From the IMG/VR virus record IMGVR_UViG_3300010413_000015, positions 10,952-74,951 of that record: a stretch of DNA of 64,000 nucleotides, one strand, 5' to 3'. The DNA comes from a virus. Position 1 is the first letter of the stretch, and the number at the start of each line of letters is the position of its first letter. This document shows positions 1-9,163 of this stretch, piece by piece. The translations under genes and the position numbers were made by a program. The notes beneath the pieces were generated by a model, which saw only the letters and a list, made by a program, of their open reading frames with translations, had not been told where the DNA came from and did no database searches.

Positions 1-69
1 TTTGAGGAGAGCCTGGCTCTCCAGTCGAAACTGGAATCGCGGAAGAGGACACCAGACTACCTAGGGAAC

Positions 70-645
70 ATGTTCGTCATTTTTGGCATTGCCCTAAGTG
101 CCGGCCTGGTCGTCCTCGTCGGCGTGCGCCTGGTCACCTGGGCCCTGAGTTGGGACGCCTGGGTGCACAAGCTCATGGCCGGCCTTGCAATTCTAGGTAC
201 CCTGGCCTGGTGGTCCTGGCGTGCATTTCGGGACAGCCTCATCTTGACTATTGAGGAGACCTTCTATGCAGACATGAACAACGATGGTCAGATTGGGGTG
301 TCTCATAACTATGAGGTACACACAGGGCCAACTCGCCAGGTCCGCGTGATTGGTCCACCCCCAGAGGTTCTCTTGGAGTGGGCAGATGCCGCAGTGAACG
401 GGGGGTCTTTGGCCTATCGCCTATGGGCGCCCAGGTTCACTACACCTGGCAGAAACGATGGCGTGGAAATGTACTCCCGGTGGCGGAGTGGCCTGGTCCG
501 TATGGGATACGCCGAGGAAAAGGGCACACACTCTATTTCGCTAACAGAGGAAGGGATTCGGTTCTTTAGCGGTGTCCTGGAGGCGGGGATTGAAGACCCC
601 ACTCCCCTACTGGAAGGACTCGGGCGCAAAATGCTACCTGGATAG
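70..645 (+). CDS. Membrane protein with two N-terminal TM segments, unknown function
   Basis: Two hydrophobic helices, then a DMNNDGQIG loop and a soluble C-terminal domain. Confidence 0.6.
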   Translation: MFVIFGIALSAGLVVLVGVRLVTWALSWDAWVHKLMAGLAILGTLAWWSWRAFRDSLILTIEETFYADMNNDGQIGVSHNYEVHTGPTRQVRVIGPPPEVLLEWADAAVNGGSLAYRLWAPRFTTPGRNDGVEMYSRWRSGLVRMGYAEEKGTHSISLTEEGIRFFSGVLEAGIEDPTPLLEGLGRKMLPG

Positions 646-669
646 CACCAACACACACCGATACACCGG

Positions 670-846
670 CTACAGTGGTCGATTTAGGACAATCGAGACG
701 GCTACCAGGCCGACTGCAATGAGGACCAGGAGGATAAGGACCCTCCTGGTTCTTATTGGTTTTGGCACGTACCCGGGCGGCATGAAGCTGGCCCACAGAA
801 CGAGAGCCAGCCCCATTGCAAGGAACGGATAGAGGCAAAGTTCCAT
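670..846 (-). CDS. Small 58-aa two-TM membrane protein (not in ORF track)
   Basis: Translated by hand: MELCLYPFLAMGLALVLWASFMPPGYVPKPIRTRRVLILLVLIAVGLVAVSIVLNRPL; AGGAGG RBS; own promoter at 865-893. Confidence 0.65.
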   Translation of the reverse strand: MELCLYPFLAMGLALVLWASFMPPGYVPKPIRTRRVLILLVLIAVGLVAVSIVLNRPL

Positions 847-864
847 GACGCACCTCCTGGTTGC

Positions 865-893
865 AGTCTACCTCATTTTCGAACAACTGTCAA
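865..893 (-). promoter_or_regulatory. sigma70-type promoter
   Basis: TTGACA-17 bp-TAGACT; contains TTGAC-N4-GTTCG. Confidence 0.7.
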
Positions 894-918
894 AGGGAAC
901 AGTCGCCCCCCTGTTCAC

Positions 919-947
919 TTGACAGGTAGCCTGTCCACGACTATAAT
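919..947 (+). promoter_or_regulatory. Consensus sigma70-type promoter
   Basis: TTGACA-17 bp-TATAAT upstream of AGGAGG and ATG at 985. Confidence 0.85.
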
Positions 948-984
948 TAACCAGACTCACATAACACACAAGGAGGACGTGAAG

Positions 985-1959
985 ATGAGCACGAAAGAAG
1001 AGCTGTTCCCCTATCGAATCCCGGTCACGGTTGTTACCGGGGAGATTGAGAGTGGCAAGACGCTACTCATTTTAACCACTGGCTACCCCCAGGAACGTAT
1101 CCTGCTGTACGACAATGAGCAATCCTCGGCCGTGTACCAGAAGAACTTTGGCTTTACGCGAGTGGACCTGGTTCAGGAGATGACCTATCGCCAGGAGGAG
1201 AAACTTGCCAAGCTTGGGGACCGGGCCAAGGAGAGCGACAAGACCTGGACCAACCAGGAGTTTTACTTGGCATGGTTGGGGCACATGCAGGCCATTAAGC
1301 CAGGCACCTACGATGTGATTGGCGTAGACCCCGCCGAGCGCATCGAGAGCGGCTTGGCAGACTGGGTGTGGGCCCATCCCATTAACGGGCACAACATCAC
1401 CCAGTACCAGAAGATGTCGGGGATGTACTGGGGGGACGTTAAAGACCTCTGGGGGCGTCACATTTTGGAGATGACCGGCAAGGCGAAAATGGTGTTCATC
1501 ACCATGCACATGCGGAACGTTTACGAGGGAAACAAACCCATTCCTGGCAAGCGAGAGCGCAAGGGCAAGGACACATTGAGCGAGCTCGCCACCCTCGAAC
1601 TGGAATTGGTCCGCAAGCCCGGCATGGTCCTGCCGGCCGCGAAGGTCATCAAGACCCGCCTGGTCTACGGTAGCGACCCCTCAAACCTGAAGCCCATGTT
1701 CGACCCGTACATCAATCCCTTCACCTGGGACCGAGTACGGGAGTACATGCTCAAGGGTGCGGACCCGGAGAACTTGGTGCTGCCCCCTGAGCCGACCGAG
1801 GAAGAGAAGCGGTTGCACGAGCTAGAGCTGAAGGCAACCATTGCAGCGGCAAAGCTAGCCGATGTGGACACATCTGGCGATAGGAACCGGTGCCCGGAGT
1901 GTGGAGCCGCTGTGCCGGCCGGGAAACCCGGGCATCGTCCTGGATGTCCCAACGGCTAG
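985..1959 (+). CDS. P-loop ATPase, Sak4-like phage recombinase, with C-terminal Zn ribbon
   Basis: Walker A GEIESGKT, Walker B-like VIGVD, C-terminal CPEC...H...C; start moved to the ATG after the RBS. Confidence 0.65.
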   Translation: MSTKEELFPYRIPVTVVTGEIESGKTLLILTTGYPQERILLYDNEQSSAVYQKNFGFTRVDLVQEMTYRQEEKLAKLGDRAKESDKTWTNQEFYLAWLGHMQAIKPGTYDVIGVDPAERIESGLADWVWAHPINGHNITQYQKMSGMYWGDVKDLWGRHILEMTGKAKMVFITMHMRNVYEGNKPIPGKRERKGKDTLSELATLELELVRKPGMVLPAAKVIKTRLVYGSDPSNLKPMFDPYINPFTWDRVREYMLKGADPENLVLPPEPTEEEKRLHELELKATIAAAKLADVDTSGDRNRCPECGAAVPAGKPGHRPGCPNG

Positions 1960-1977
1960 TCTGTCTCCTCCAACGAA

Positions 1978-2011
1978 GGACCCCCTGGGCGGAGGCGTAC
2001 CCAGGGGGTCC
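1978..2011. terminator. GC-rich hairpin between convergent genes
   Basis: GGACCCCCTGGG-N10-CCCAGGGGGTCC, 12-bp perfect stem. Confidence 0.6.
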
Positions 2012-2030
2012 GGGGAGGGGTAGGAGGGGC

Positions 2031-2324
2031 CTATTTGAGGGAGGCCCCATTCACTGCAGTAAGGAACTTCTTGAATAGGTCGTAGTACCCCGATACGGCC
2101 AGGGCACCACCCAAGCCAATGAGAGTCACCCGAATCCAGGGTAGCGCTACCGCAGGAATCAAGCCCTCAATAATGGCCTGGGACAGGCCTACCAGGAGGA
2201 ACCCCAAAAGAAGGGATTCTAGCAACAGCCAGTTGCCTGCCAGACCAAACTTCTTGCTGGTCTCCACAAGCCCTGGCACCAGCAGGAGTATCGCATACTC
2301 CCCGAGCACACTCAGGTCAATCAT
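2031..2324 (-). CDS. Putative holin
   Basis: 97 aa, three hydrophobic segments, GLVETSKKFG and SGYYDLFKK holin-like motifs, last gene of the late operon. Confidence 0.65.
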   Translation of the reverse strand: MIDLSVLGEYAILLLVPGLVETSKKFGLAGNWLLLESLLLGFLLVGLSQAIIEGLIPAVALPWIRVTLIGLGGALAVSGYYDLFKKFLTAVNGASLK

Positions 2325-3258
2325 CGTTTACCTCCCTGTCTCTTTTTTTTCTGAGCTGGACCTCACCGAGCCAGAAATCCCAGTCGGTGAAGTCTATGGG
2401 GAACCAGTATTTGTATCCCCTACGGATAACCGCAAATCCCCGAATCCACTTGGGGTGAGTGGTTGTCCCATTCACCATCATGTAGTATCTTCGGGTAGGG
2501 TCCGTGCCATGGCCAATCTCGCCGGCAACGTGCTTGCCGTCTTTCGTAAACGTCATGCTCATGTGGTGGGTATGCCCACTCAGGGTGTCCATGCCCTCGA
2601 TCTCCGCCCTCTCTTGAGGCAAAGACCCTCGGACCTTGCGGTACTGTGCCGGGTGTTCTACCAACGTTTCTTTTCCGTCGGAAACTACGTGGCACCATTT
2701 GTATTCTGAGACCACCAGCTTCCCGTGCCTCCCCCATAGAAGCTGAAGCAGCCTCAGAAACTCAAGCTCTTTCTTTCGCGTGGCTCTCTGTTCGTGGTTC
2801 CCCTTGATGTAGTAGATGGTGTCAAACCACTCAAACAGGGCCGTAATCACCGCCTCTCCACTGACCAGCTCGTCGATGAGTGATGGGTAGTCTTCCTCTC
2901 GGGGAAAGGGGCTGAAGGCATCGTTTGCCAGGAAGTCCCCCGCAATTAGCAGAGACTTGATGCCCAGCTTCATTCCCATGGCCACAGCATAGGAAACTAC
3001 CTCTTCGTCATGGTATGGCACTTCTAGGTCAGCGATGACTACGACATCTCCCTCGATGACCAGATGGTCTAGGTACTGCGGTTCCGTGCTCTTGACTCTC
3101 ATATTAGGCCAGTACTCCAGCTTCCCCTCCCTCCAGAGTTGGAGTCTCCACTCTTTCACGGTTGTGTGCGACATACCATACTTCTCTGACAACTGGGGGG
3201 TCTCAAGAGTTTCTGCATCCTTGAGAAAGTCGTGCACGAGCTCGCCTGGTATCGCCAT
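2317..3258 (-). CDS. Calcineurin-like metallophosphoesterase with N-terminal HTH
   Basis: Motifs D-x-E/H, GDFLAND, GNHE, GHTHH. Confidence 0.8.
   Translation of the reverse strand: MAIPGELVHDFLKDAETLETPQLSEKYGMSHTTVKEWRLQLWREGKLEYWPNMRVKSTEPQYLDHLVIEGDVVVIADLEVPYHDEEVVSYAVAMGMKLGIKSLLIAGDFLANDAFSPFPREEDYPSLIDELVSGEAVITALFEWFDTIYYIKGNHEQRATRKKELEFLRLLQLLWGRHGKLVVSEYKWCHVVSDGKETLVEHPAQYRKVRGSLPQERAEIEGMDTLSGHTHHMSMTFTKDGKHVAGEIGHGTDPTRRYYMMVNGTTTHPKWIRGFAVIRRGYKYWFPIDFTDWDFWLGEVQLRKKRDREVNDD
2672..2684. repeat. 13-bp quasi-palindrome, copy 1
   Basis: TTTCCGTCGGAAA inside the phosphoesterase gene. Confidence 0.95.
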
Positions 3259-3261
3259 TTT

Positions 3262-3582
3262 CTACGCCTCCACCTCGAGTTTTTCGCACAGGGCGAATAC
3301 TTCCTCACGGTTGGCTACTTGCCATCCAGGGTGTTTCTCGACAAGCCCCTTCAGATAGCTCATGTCCTCTTTCGTGAGTGTGACAGTCCACGTGTTTTCG
3401 TGGGGGTCCCAGGCGTAGGTGTTACCAGACTGAAGCAGGCCAATGGACTTCCCTTCTTCCTCAGTCATCTCCAGGGTGTCAAGGACTCGAGACGCCTTCC
3501 TTAACTCCCCGACATTGCCCTGTACCCCATTCAGAATCCCCACGAGAACCAGGCGCTGCCATGTTGAAAGTTCTACTTCCAT
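3262..3582 (-). CDS. Hypothetical protein, possible tail fibre chaperone
   Basis: GGGAGG RBS before ATG at 3582; follows the tail fibre gene. Confidence 0.5.
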   Translation of the reverse strand: MEVELSTWQRLVLVGILNGVQGNVGELRKASRVLDTLEMTEEEGKSIGLLQSGNTYAWDPHENTWTVTLTKEDMSYLKGLVEKHPGWQVANREEVFALCEKLEVEA

Positions 3583-3665
3583 GGTTAACCTCCCTCTGTT
3601 ATTTGGCCCGACCATGCCAGCATAGCACCTTGCCATAAGAACGTCAAGGCGCCTATAGGCCCATG

Positions 3666-6600
3666 CTACGTCACGAATATCGCCGGGCACGGTAAGCTGA
3701 TTGCACCAGGGCTTCCCGTTTTCGCTACTTGAACGTACAGCATAAACTCCGACGCGGCAGTTAGCGATGTGCTGAGTCCCGTGCTCGAGTACATGTTCCA
3801 GGCATCGGCACTCATTGCAGATGTGTCGAAGCTCAACCTATTAGTTCCAGACCCATTTTTGAGGTTGATGGTCCAGTAGTTGCTAGCGTTGTTTGTTGTA
3901 TCCACCCAAACGGCCTGGTGCCAAGACCGGATTGTCATATCACGCGAGATGGTCCCGGCGTAAGGACGTCCGCCATTCGTGGTCATTTGATACGCAACGA
4001 GCGCATAGTTCCCGAAAGGGAACCAACCACTCATTCCCACATTGGACTGAACCATTCCAGCATCAGGGTCAACGTCAGTTGCGCCAGCATAGATTCCACC
4101 ATTCAGGATGATGTCATTATCATACCCTGCCCCAAGTGAGCCCACACGGAGACCTGCCTGAACCAGGGCATAACCTTGAGCAGGGTCCGTTGTCCCACCC
4201 ACTGTGAGTCCCCCGGCAATCGTGACGTCATTATCTGGCGGGTCATTCGTGGTGTCGCCAACTCGCAATCCGGCTCCAGCATATAGGTCGGTTGCCGTAT
4301 GTATCTTTATGGTCGTTTGCTCGACCGCCAAGACGTCAGATGCGCCGACCCAGAGTGTGATTCGGTCTGTAGTGCCAGACTCAATCTGGAGATAATTAGA
4401 AGTGGCCCCACTAACAGCCCGCAAGAATACTCTGGCATCCCCGGTGGTCAACGTGCTCTCTAGGTACAGGTCTGCGATGCTAGAGCCATATGCTGTCCAG
4501 ATGCCACCATAGTAGGTAGCACCGTCGTACCACGTTACCTTGTTTGCCCTTGCGGTGCCTGTGGCAAAGGTGAGGCCCAACGCATTCAGTTCGATAGCAC
4601 CAGCGCCACACACTAGAGAACCGTCTGTGTCAATGTATAGTTGAACCGTACCAGTCCCTGCCCTAAACTTCAATTGGCCTGTAGACCCACCACCATCAGC
4701 ATCCCACCACATATTTGCATGACCAGATCCTGTTTGTCCAAAGATGGCATCACCAGTTAAGCCTTCCAGCTTTATGATATCCGTACCACCCTTGCGCAAG
4801 AGCAGGTCGCCAGGGTCTGCGTCCCAAAAGAGGTTGGCCTTGCTAGCGTTATACTCGCCAAACCTTACATCTCCATCAGCTTGAAGTACGAGAGTGGCTA
4901 CGCTGTTGTTGTACAAGCTGATAGTTGTCCCGCTGAGGTCGATGTATGCACTGGTCGTAGAGTAAATCTTTAGGCCGCTTCCATCCCACAGGAGTTTACC
5001 GGCTGAAGCATTTCCTAGAAATAGGCGGGGTGTCCCGGCGTTGTACTCTAGCCAGTAGCCCGTGCCGGAATCGTAGGCCGTCGCCCCACATTTGAGGACC
5101 GCGCCTGTGGACATCGTAAGTGTGTTGTCCACAGTCAGTGCACCCGTGCTTGCGCTTACTGCCGCCAGGTTCGTGACGTCGATTTTCTCGGCAGTTACAG
5201 CATCAGCGGTCAGTTGGTCCGTGTCTACGGTTCCAGTCTGGATATTGCCACCGTTGATGTTCGTCACGCCTGAGCCGTCTCCGGCGATGACCAGGCCGTT
5301 TGTCGGGTCATACTTGAGATAGTCGCCACCGGAGTAGTTTCCAATGGCCATGCCCCAGGTCTCCGTAGAGTAGGGACCCCATCCATTTAGGTCACCCAGG
5401 CGGACAAGTTCTGTCTGCTGGTTGTACGAGGTACCCTGGCGTATCATTGAGATTCGCGGTCCACCTGTCTGTGCGTCGAGCTCTACCCTGCCGTCCCCAT
5501 CATAGCCAAGATTCACCCATACATGTCCCTGTGGCCAGGCATTGGCCCCGCTACCATCCAGGTTCCTGGTCACGGTGTAGATCGTGCCAGAGACAAAGGC
5601 CGTGACTTGCATGTATTCCACCTGGTTGTTGCCACGAAGCAGAATGAAATCGTTCACGGTGAGTGAGCTACCAAAGTCGATGTCTGTCTCAGTGTCGTCT
5701 ACATCCTCGGCCAGGGTACCAGATGAGTGCGGAACGATGAACCAGCCACCCATAACAGATGCGGTATTTTCCACAAACAGGATAGCTTCCATCTCGGACA
5801 ACCAGCCTTTCCGCCACAGGAGGGTTGAACTCCCTAGGTCATAGGTATCCGTTAGTAGGGGAATTAGATGCGAGTCAACTTTTCCGACGGAAAAGTTGCC
5901 GGAGACAGTGAGGTGCTGCAGAGTGAGTAGCCCGGCCGCTGTCGTAGCCAGAATGCTAGCCGTCGCACCGGGGCTGTTGCTGGAGTCGATGGCATGCACA
6001 TGGGTGGCCCTAGAGAATGACGTGCCAGTGCCCTCAGTGTTAGAACTGCTCACTGAGAGGTTTGTGCTTGGCGCTGCGGTACCAATTCCGTGTGTGTGGT
6101 CCCGACGAGCGGCAACAGAGGCGCTGCCTGTAGCAGACGAAGACGTGCCGGCAGCTATCGTTGTCGGTAGCGTTGTGTCAAAGACTACGAGTGTAGCATC
6201 CGAGCGAATCATGGTCTGGGCAGAACCTTCAGCATAGGCGGTGCCCAGCGAGATTGTTGGCGCTGCAATCAGGCTATCAATCTGTGTCCAGGCCAGGTCT
6301 CCTGTATGGTCAGTGCCAGAGAGGGTGTGCTGCTGGTTATGGTGGTCATTGGCCGAGACATCAGCAATGCTGTCATGGCTGATGTTGGCCTGGTTGATAG
6401 TGAAGGTCAGTATGTTTGTGCCTGCCACAATGCTGAGAATGTTGTTGGCACTTGTAAGTTGTATCCTGTCATCTGCAGCCGGAGTAACTGCCGTTGCGCT
6501 TGTGTCTTCAAGGCCTACAAAGCCGGCATGATGCTGGTCAGCGCTCACACTCCCAAGGTCAGTGTGCGACAGTTGCTGAAATGCTGCGGTGGTGGCTCCG

Positions 6601-8612
6601 GTGGCCCTCAGTACCTGTCCGGCCGTCAATCCACTAACAGTGTGGTAGGTGCCCAGACCACTAGTAGTGGCCAATACGTGGCTGCCGGTACCTGGCTGCT
6701 CATTGACCCACTTGCTGGTACCCGTGTTCCAGACGAGCGCATCCCCATTACTAAGGCTGCCCACATTCACATCTGTGTGCACAGCGCCGTCTGTAAGGCT
6801 GTGAGTGCCCGTGCCAGCTTCCAGGTCAATGGCAGTGTCTGTGCCATGCTTGACCTTCAGATGTCCGTCTGCAGTATCTACGTAGAGCTGCGCCCAACCT
6901 GTACCAACTCCCGTGGCACTGACCCCGTCCGTCACAAGAAGGCGTTCCAGGATGGCATTTCTCCATCTGGACTCCAAGTGACCCAGGTCCGTGCTGTTGT
7001 CTGTGGTAGGTACCAGGCTAGACCGGAACTTCCCTGTAGCGTCTAGCCACATGGTCCCATCCGCAGTCTTGATTCCCGCAATGTCGATTAGGAGCCCCTG
7101 TGGGGGACTTCCAAAGCTAGGGATGAGACCTGGTGTCCAGTCCGAGGGCCCCCATCCTTGCTCCAACATGGGCCGGTCGAAGCTGAAGTTCGTCGTTGAG
7201 GCTTGGGGAGCGCCTATGGACATGGTAATTCTCATGGCTGGGTGGTACCCGTCTGCGCCGGCAGGCGTAGTAACCTGTTGTGAGAGGCGAATCCACCCAT
7301 CTCCCACGTCGTCCTCTATAACCTCGCCCACCTCCGTTGCGTAAATCTCACTCTCGCCCGTCTTGTACCAGAAAACCTGTGGCGTGATGACGCTGTAGAG
7401 GTCTTGTCCTATGAGGGCGGGGTCCAACGATTGTAGAAAGTCCGTGCCGTAGCTAGGCTTTACGAACACAGATGCTGTAAAACGGTGCCCCTCCTTCGCT
7501 GCAAGAGTAATGGGCGCGACGTAGTCAGGCCCAAAGACGATGTCACAGGTCTGAACTTCACCCGAGGGTACCGTATCTAGATAGGGCCCAAACGTGACCT
7601 TAATGCCCTTGCCTCCCCCCAACCCAAAGTCACCGTAGCTCCAGGAGGAATAGGGGTTGCTCTGAAACCAGTCCTCAACCCACCAAAAGTCAGGGTAGGA
7701 CCCGACCTTTCGTTCCCAGTCTGCGTTGTAGGCCATCTGTACGCCCTTCTTCCGTCGGGCAAACCCTCGAATCCAGGGACTGGCTGCGAAGTCGCTCTCG
7801 TTGCCTGCCAGGTCCACACTCGTAAGGTTAAAGTACCGGGGCCGGCCGGGAGTCATTGAGATGAACACGTGAGAGCTGCTTGCCGTAGTGCTGGCCACAA
7901 AATCGTAGCCTCCAGTGGCGTATTCATCATCTGCCACGTACAGCATAAAGCTGTCGAGGTCGGGCGTCCCTGACTTTTTGGGCCCTGTCCATGCAATGCG
8001 GAGCCCGTCAGCCACACTCTCGATAGTCAAGTTCATGGGCGGGACAGGGGCCATGGTGTCTACAAGTAGCTCCGGACAGACAGACCATGGAGAGAAGTTT
8101 CCCCAGCGGTCTATCTCACGAACGCGAACCTGCAGCTTCATTGCCGGGAATAGGCTGAGATGCTCCTTTGAGGCCTCGAGTACCGGATAGGGTCCATACC
8201 CCCAGGCATGGCCAATCCTTCTGGCATCTACCTGGTAGGTGTCCAGGTCCATACGCTCTGCTGGGGTCCCTCCAAACTCCCAGACGAAGTAAGTGCCCCG
8301 GTGCGTCTGCTTGATGGCCAGTTCTTTGGGCGTTGGTGGCTCAGGCCTCTTTGCCGTTGCAGCATCCCTGGCTCCTGACCATTCAATGATGCCTGTCACA
8401 TACCACGTGCCGTGTGCGTCTACCCATGTGAGGAGCACTCGGTCGTTGCGGTGGATATCCTTTGCTGTCAGGGGGGCAGCTACAGGAACATTGCGGACCA
8501 ATTGCGTCCGGCCGGTCAGAAGCACCGTGACGGTGCTTTCCCCAACGAACATGACCCGGCCAACAGTTGTGCCTATGCTTGATGGTGTCTCAAGGAACGC
8601 TGCCTTTGCCAT
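3666..8612 (-). CDS. Large tail fibre / host-specificity protein
   Basis: 1648 aa; FN3-like segments (SVDLAGNESD), CBM-like region, Gly/Thr-rich beta repeats, HxH motifs (DHTHG, THVHA); position after the tail tip genes. Confidence 0.75.
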   Translation of the reverse strand: MAKAAFLETPSSIGTTVGRVMFVGESTVTVLLTGRTQLVRNVPVAAPLTAKDIHRNDRVLLTWVDAHGTWYVTGIIEWSGARDAATAKRPEPPTPKELAIKQTHRGTYFVWEFGGTPAERMDLDTYQVDARRIGHAWGYGPYPVLEASKEHLSLFPAMKLQVRVREIDRWGNFSPWSVCPELLVDTMAPVPPMNLTIESVADGLRIAWTGPKKSGTPDLDSFMLYVADDEYATGGYDFVASTTASSSHVFISMTPGRPRYFNLTSVDLAGNESDFAASPWIRGFARRKKGVQMAYNADWERKVGSYPDFWWVEDWFQSNPYSSWSYGDFGLGGGKGIKVTFGPYLDTVPSGEVQTCDIVFGPDYVAPITLAAKEGHRFTASVFVKPSYGTDFLQSLDPALIGQDLYSVITPQVFWYKTGESEIYATEVGEVIEDDVGDGWIRLSQQVTTPAGADGYHPAMRITMSIGAPQASTTNFSFDRPMLEQGWGPSDWTPGLIPSFGSPPQGLLIDIAGIKTADGTMWLDATGKFRSSLVPTTDNSTDLGHLESRWRNAILERLLVTDGVSATGVGTGWAQLYVDTADGHLKVKHGTDTAIDLEAGTGTHSLTDGAVHTDVNVGSLSNGDALVWNTGTSKWVNEQPGTGSHVLATTSGLGTYHTVSGLTAGQVLRATGATTAAFQQLSHTDLGSVSADQHHAGFVGLEDTSATAVTPAADDRIQLTSANNILSIVAGTNILTFTINQANISHDSIADVSANDHHNQQHTLSGTDHTGDLAWTQIDSLIAAPTISLGTAYAEGSAQTMIRSDATLVVFDTTLPTTIAAGTSSSATGSASVAARRDHTHGIGTAAPSTNLSVSSSNTEGTGTSFSRATHVHAIDSSNSPGATASILATTAAGLLTLQHLTVSGNFSVGKVDSHLIPLLTDTYDLGSSTLLWRKGWLSEMEAILFVENTASVMGGWFIVPHSSGTLAEDVDDTETDIDFGSSLTVNDFILLRGNNQVEYMQVTAFVSGTIYTVTRNLDGSGANAWPQGHVWVNLGYDGDGRVELDAQTGGPRISMIRQGTSYNQQTELVRLGDLNGWGPYSTETWGMAIGNYSGGDYLKYDPTNGLVIAGDGSGVTNINGGNIQTGTVDTDQLTADAVTAEKIDVTNLAAVSASTGALTVDNTLTMSTGAVLKCGATAYDSGTGYWLEYNAGTPRLFLGNASAGKLLWDGSGLKIYSTTSAYIDLSGTTISLYNNSVATLVLQADGDVRFGEYNASKANLFWDADPGDLLLRKGGTDIIKLEGLTGDAIFGQTGSGHANMWWDADGGGSTGQLKFRAGTGTVQLYIDTDGSLVCGAGAIELNALGLTFATGTARANKVTWYDGATYYGGIWTAYGSSIADLYLESTLTTGDARVFLRAVSGATSNYLQIESGTTDRITLWVGASDVLAVEQTTIKIHTATDLYAGAGLRVGDTTNDPPDNDVTIAGGLTVGGTTDPAQGYALVQAGLRVGSLGAGYDNDIILNGGIYAGATDVDPDAGMVQSNVGMSGWFPFGNYALVAYQMTTNGGRPYAGTISRDMTIRSWHQAVWVDTTNNASNYWTINLKNGSGTNRLSFDTSAMSADAWNMYSSTGLSTSLTAASEFMLYVQVAKTGSPGAISLPCPAIFVT
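5881..5893. repeat. 13-bp quasi-palindrome, copy 2
   Basis: TTTCCGACGGAAA, extended here to CAACT-TTTCCGACGGAAA-AGTTG. Confidence 0.95.
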
Positions 8613-9163
8613 TATTTCACCTTTGTCCCTATTGCCAGGAAATACAGCGATGTAGGTACCGTGCCATTGACGATGTAGGTGAAGCTATCCTTGCTGCCGC
8701 CAATGGCATTGACGATTGCATGGGACTCGATTGAGGCCGTGTGCTGTACCGTAAGGGTCACAGAAACCACCTCGTCGAACGCAAACCCTGGAGATGCCCC
8801 ATTCTCACTGAAGTAGATGGTGCCCGAGGACCCCGGGCTGCTCTTCTTCCCACCGAGGATGACAAACTGCCTTGGACTGGACCCTCCTACATACACCGCA
8901 CTGTTGTGCCCATGAACTCCACGGTCGTAGCCAGGGCTGTCGTCAAAGGCCTCCTCCGACCCATTCATGTGGGTTTCGATGTTGGAATGTGTGTGATACA
9001 GACCAGAGATAGCGCCTGTTTCCCCCAAGCTGGCGTGGTCTATCGCACCTCCCTCTCCATCGTGGTCATGGCCACCAGCTTGAGTAAGGTCGTTCCAGAT
9101 AGCATTGAACTTTGCGGCAGTAATCAACTCACCTGCCACTACCGGAGAACTTGTGATAGCCAT
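8612..9163 (-). CDS. Minor tail protein
   Basis: N-terminal VAGELITAAKFN, HDH motif, coupled to neighbouring genes. Confidence 0.6.
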   Translation of the reverse strand: MAITSSPVVAGELITAAKFNAIWNDLTQAGGHDHDGEGGAIDHASLGETGAISGLYHTHSNIETHMNGSEEAFDDSPGYDRGVHGHNSAVYVGGSSPRQFVILGGKKSSPGSSGTIYFSENGASPGFAFDEVVSVTLTVQHTASIESHAIVNAIGGSKDSFTYIVNGTVPTSLYFLAIGTKVK

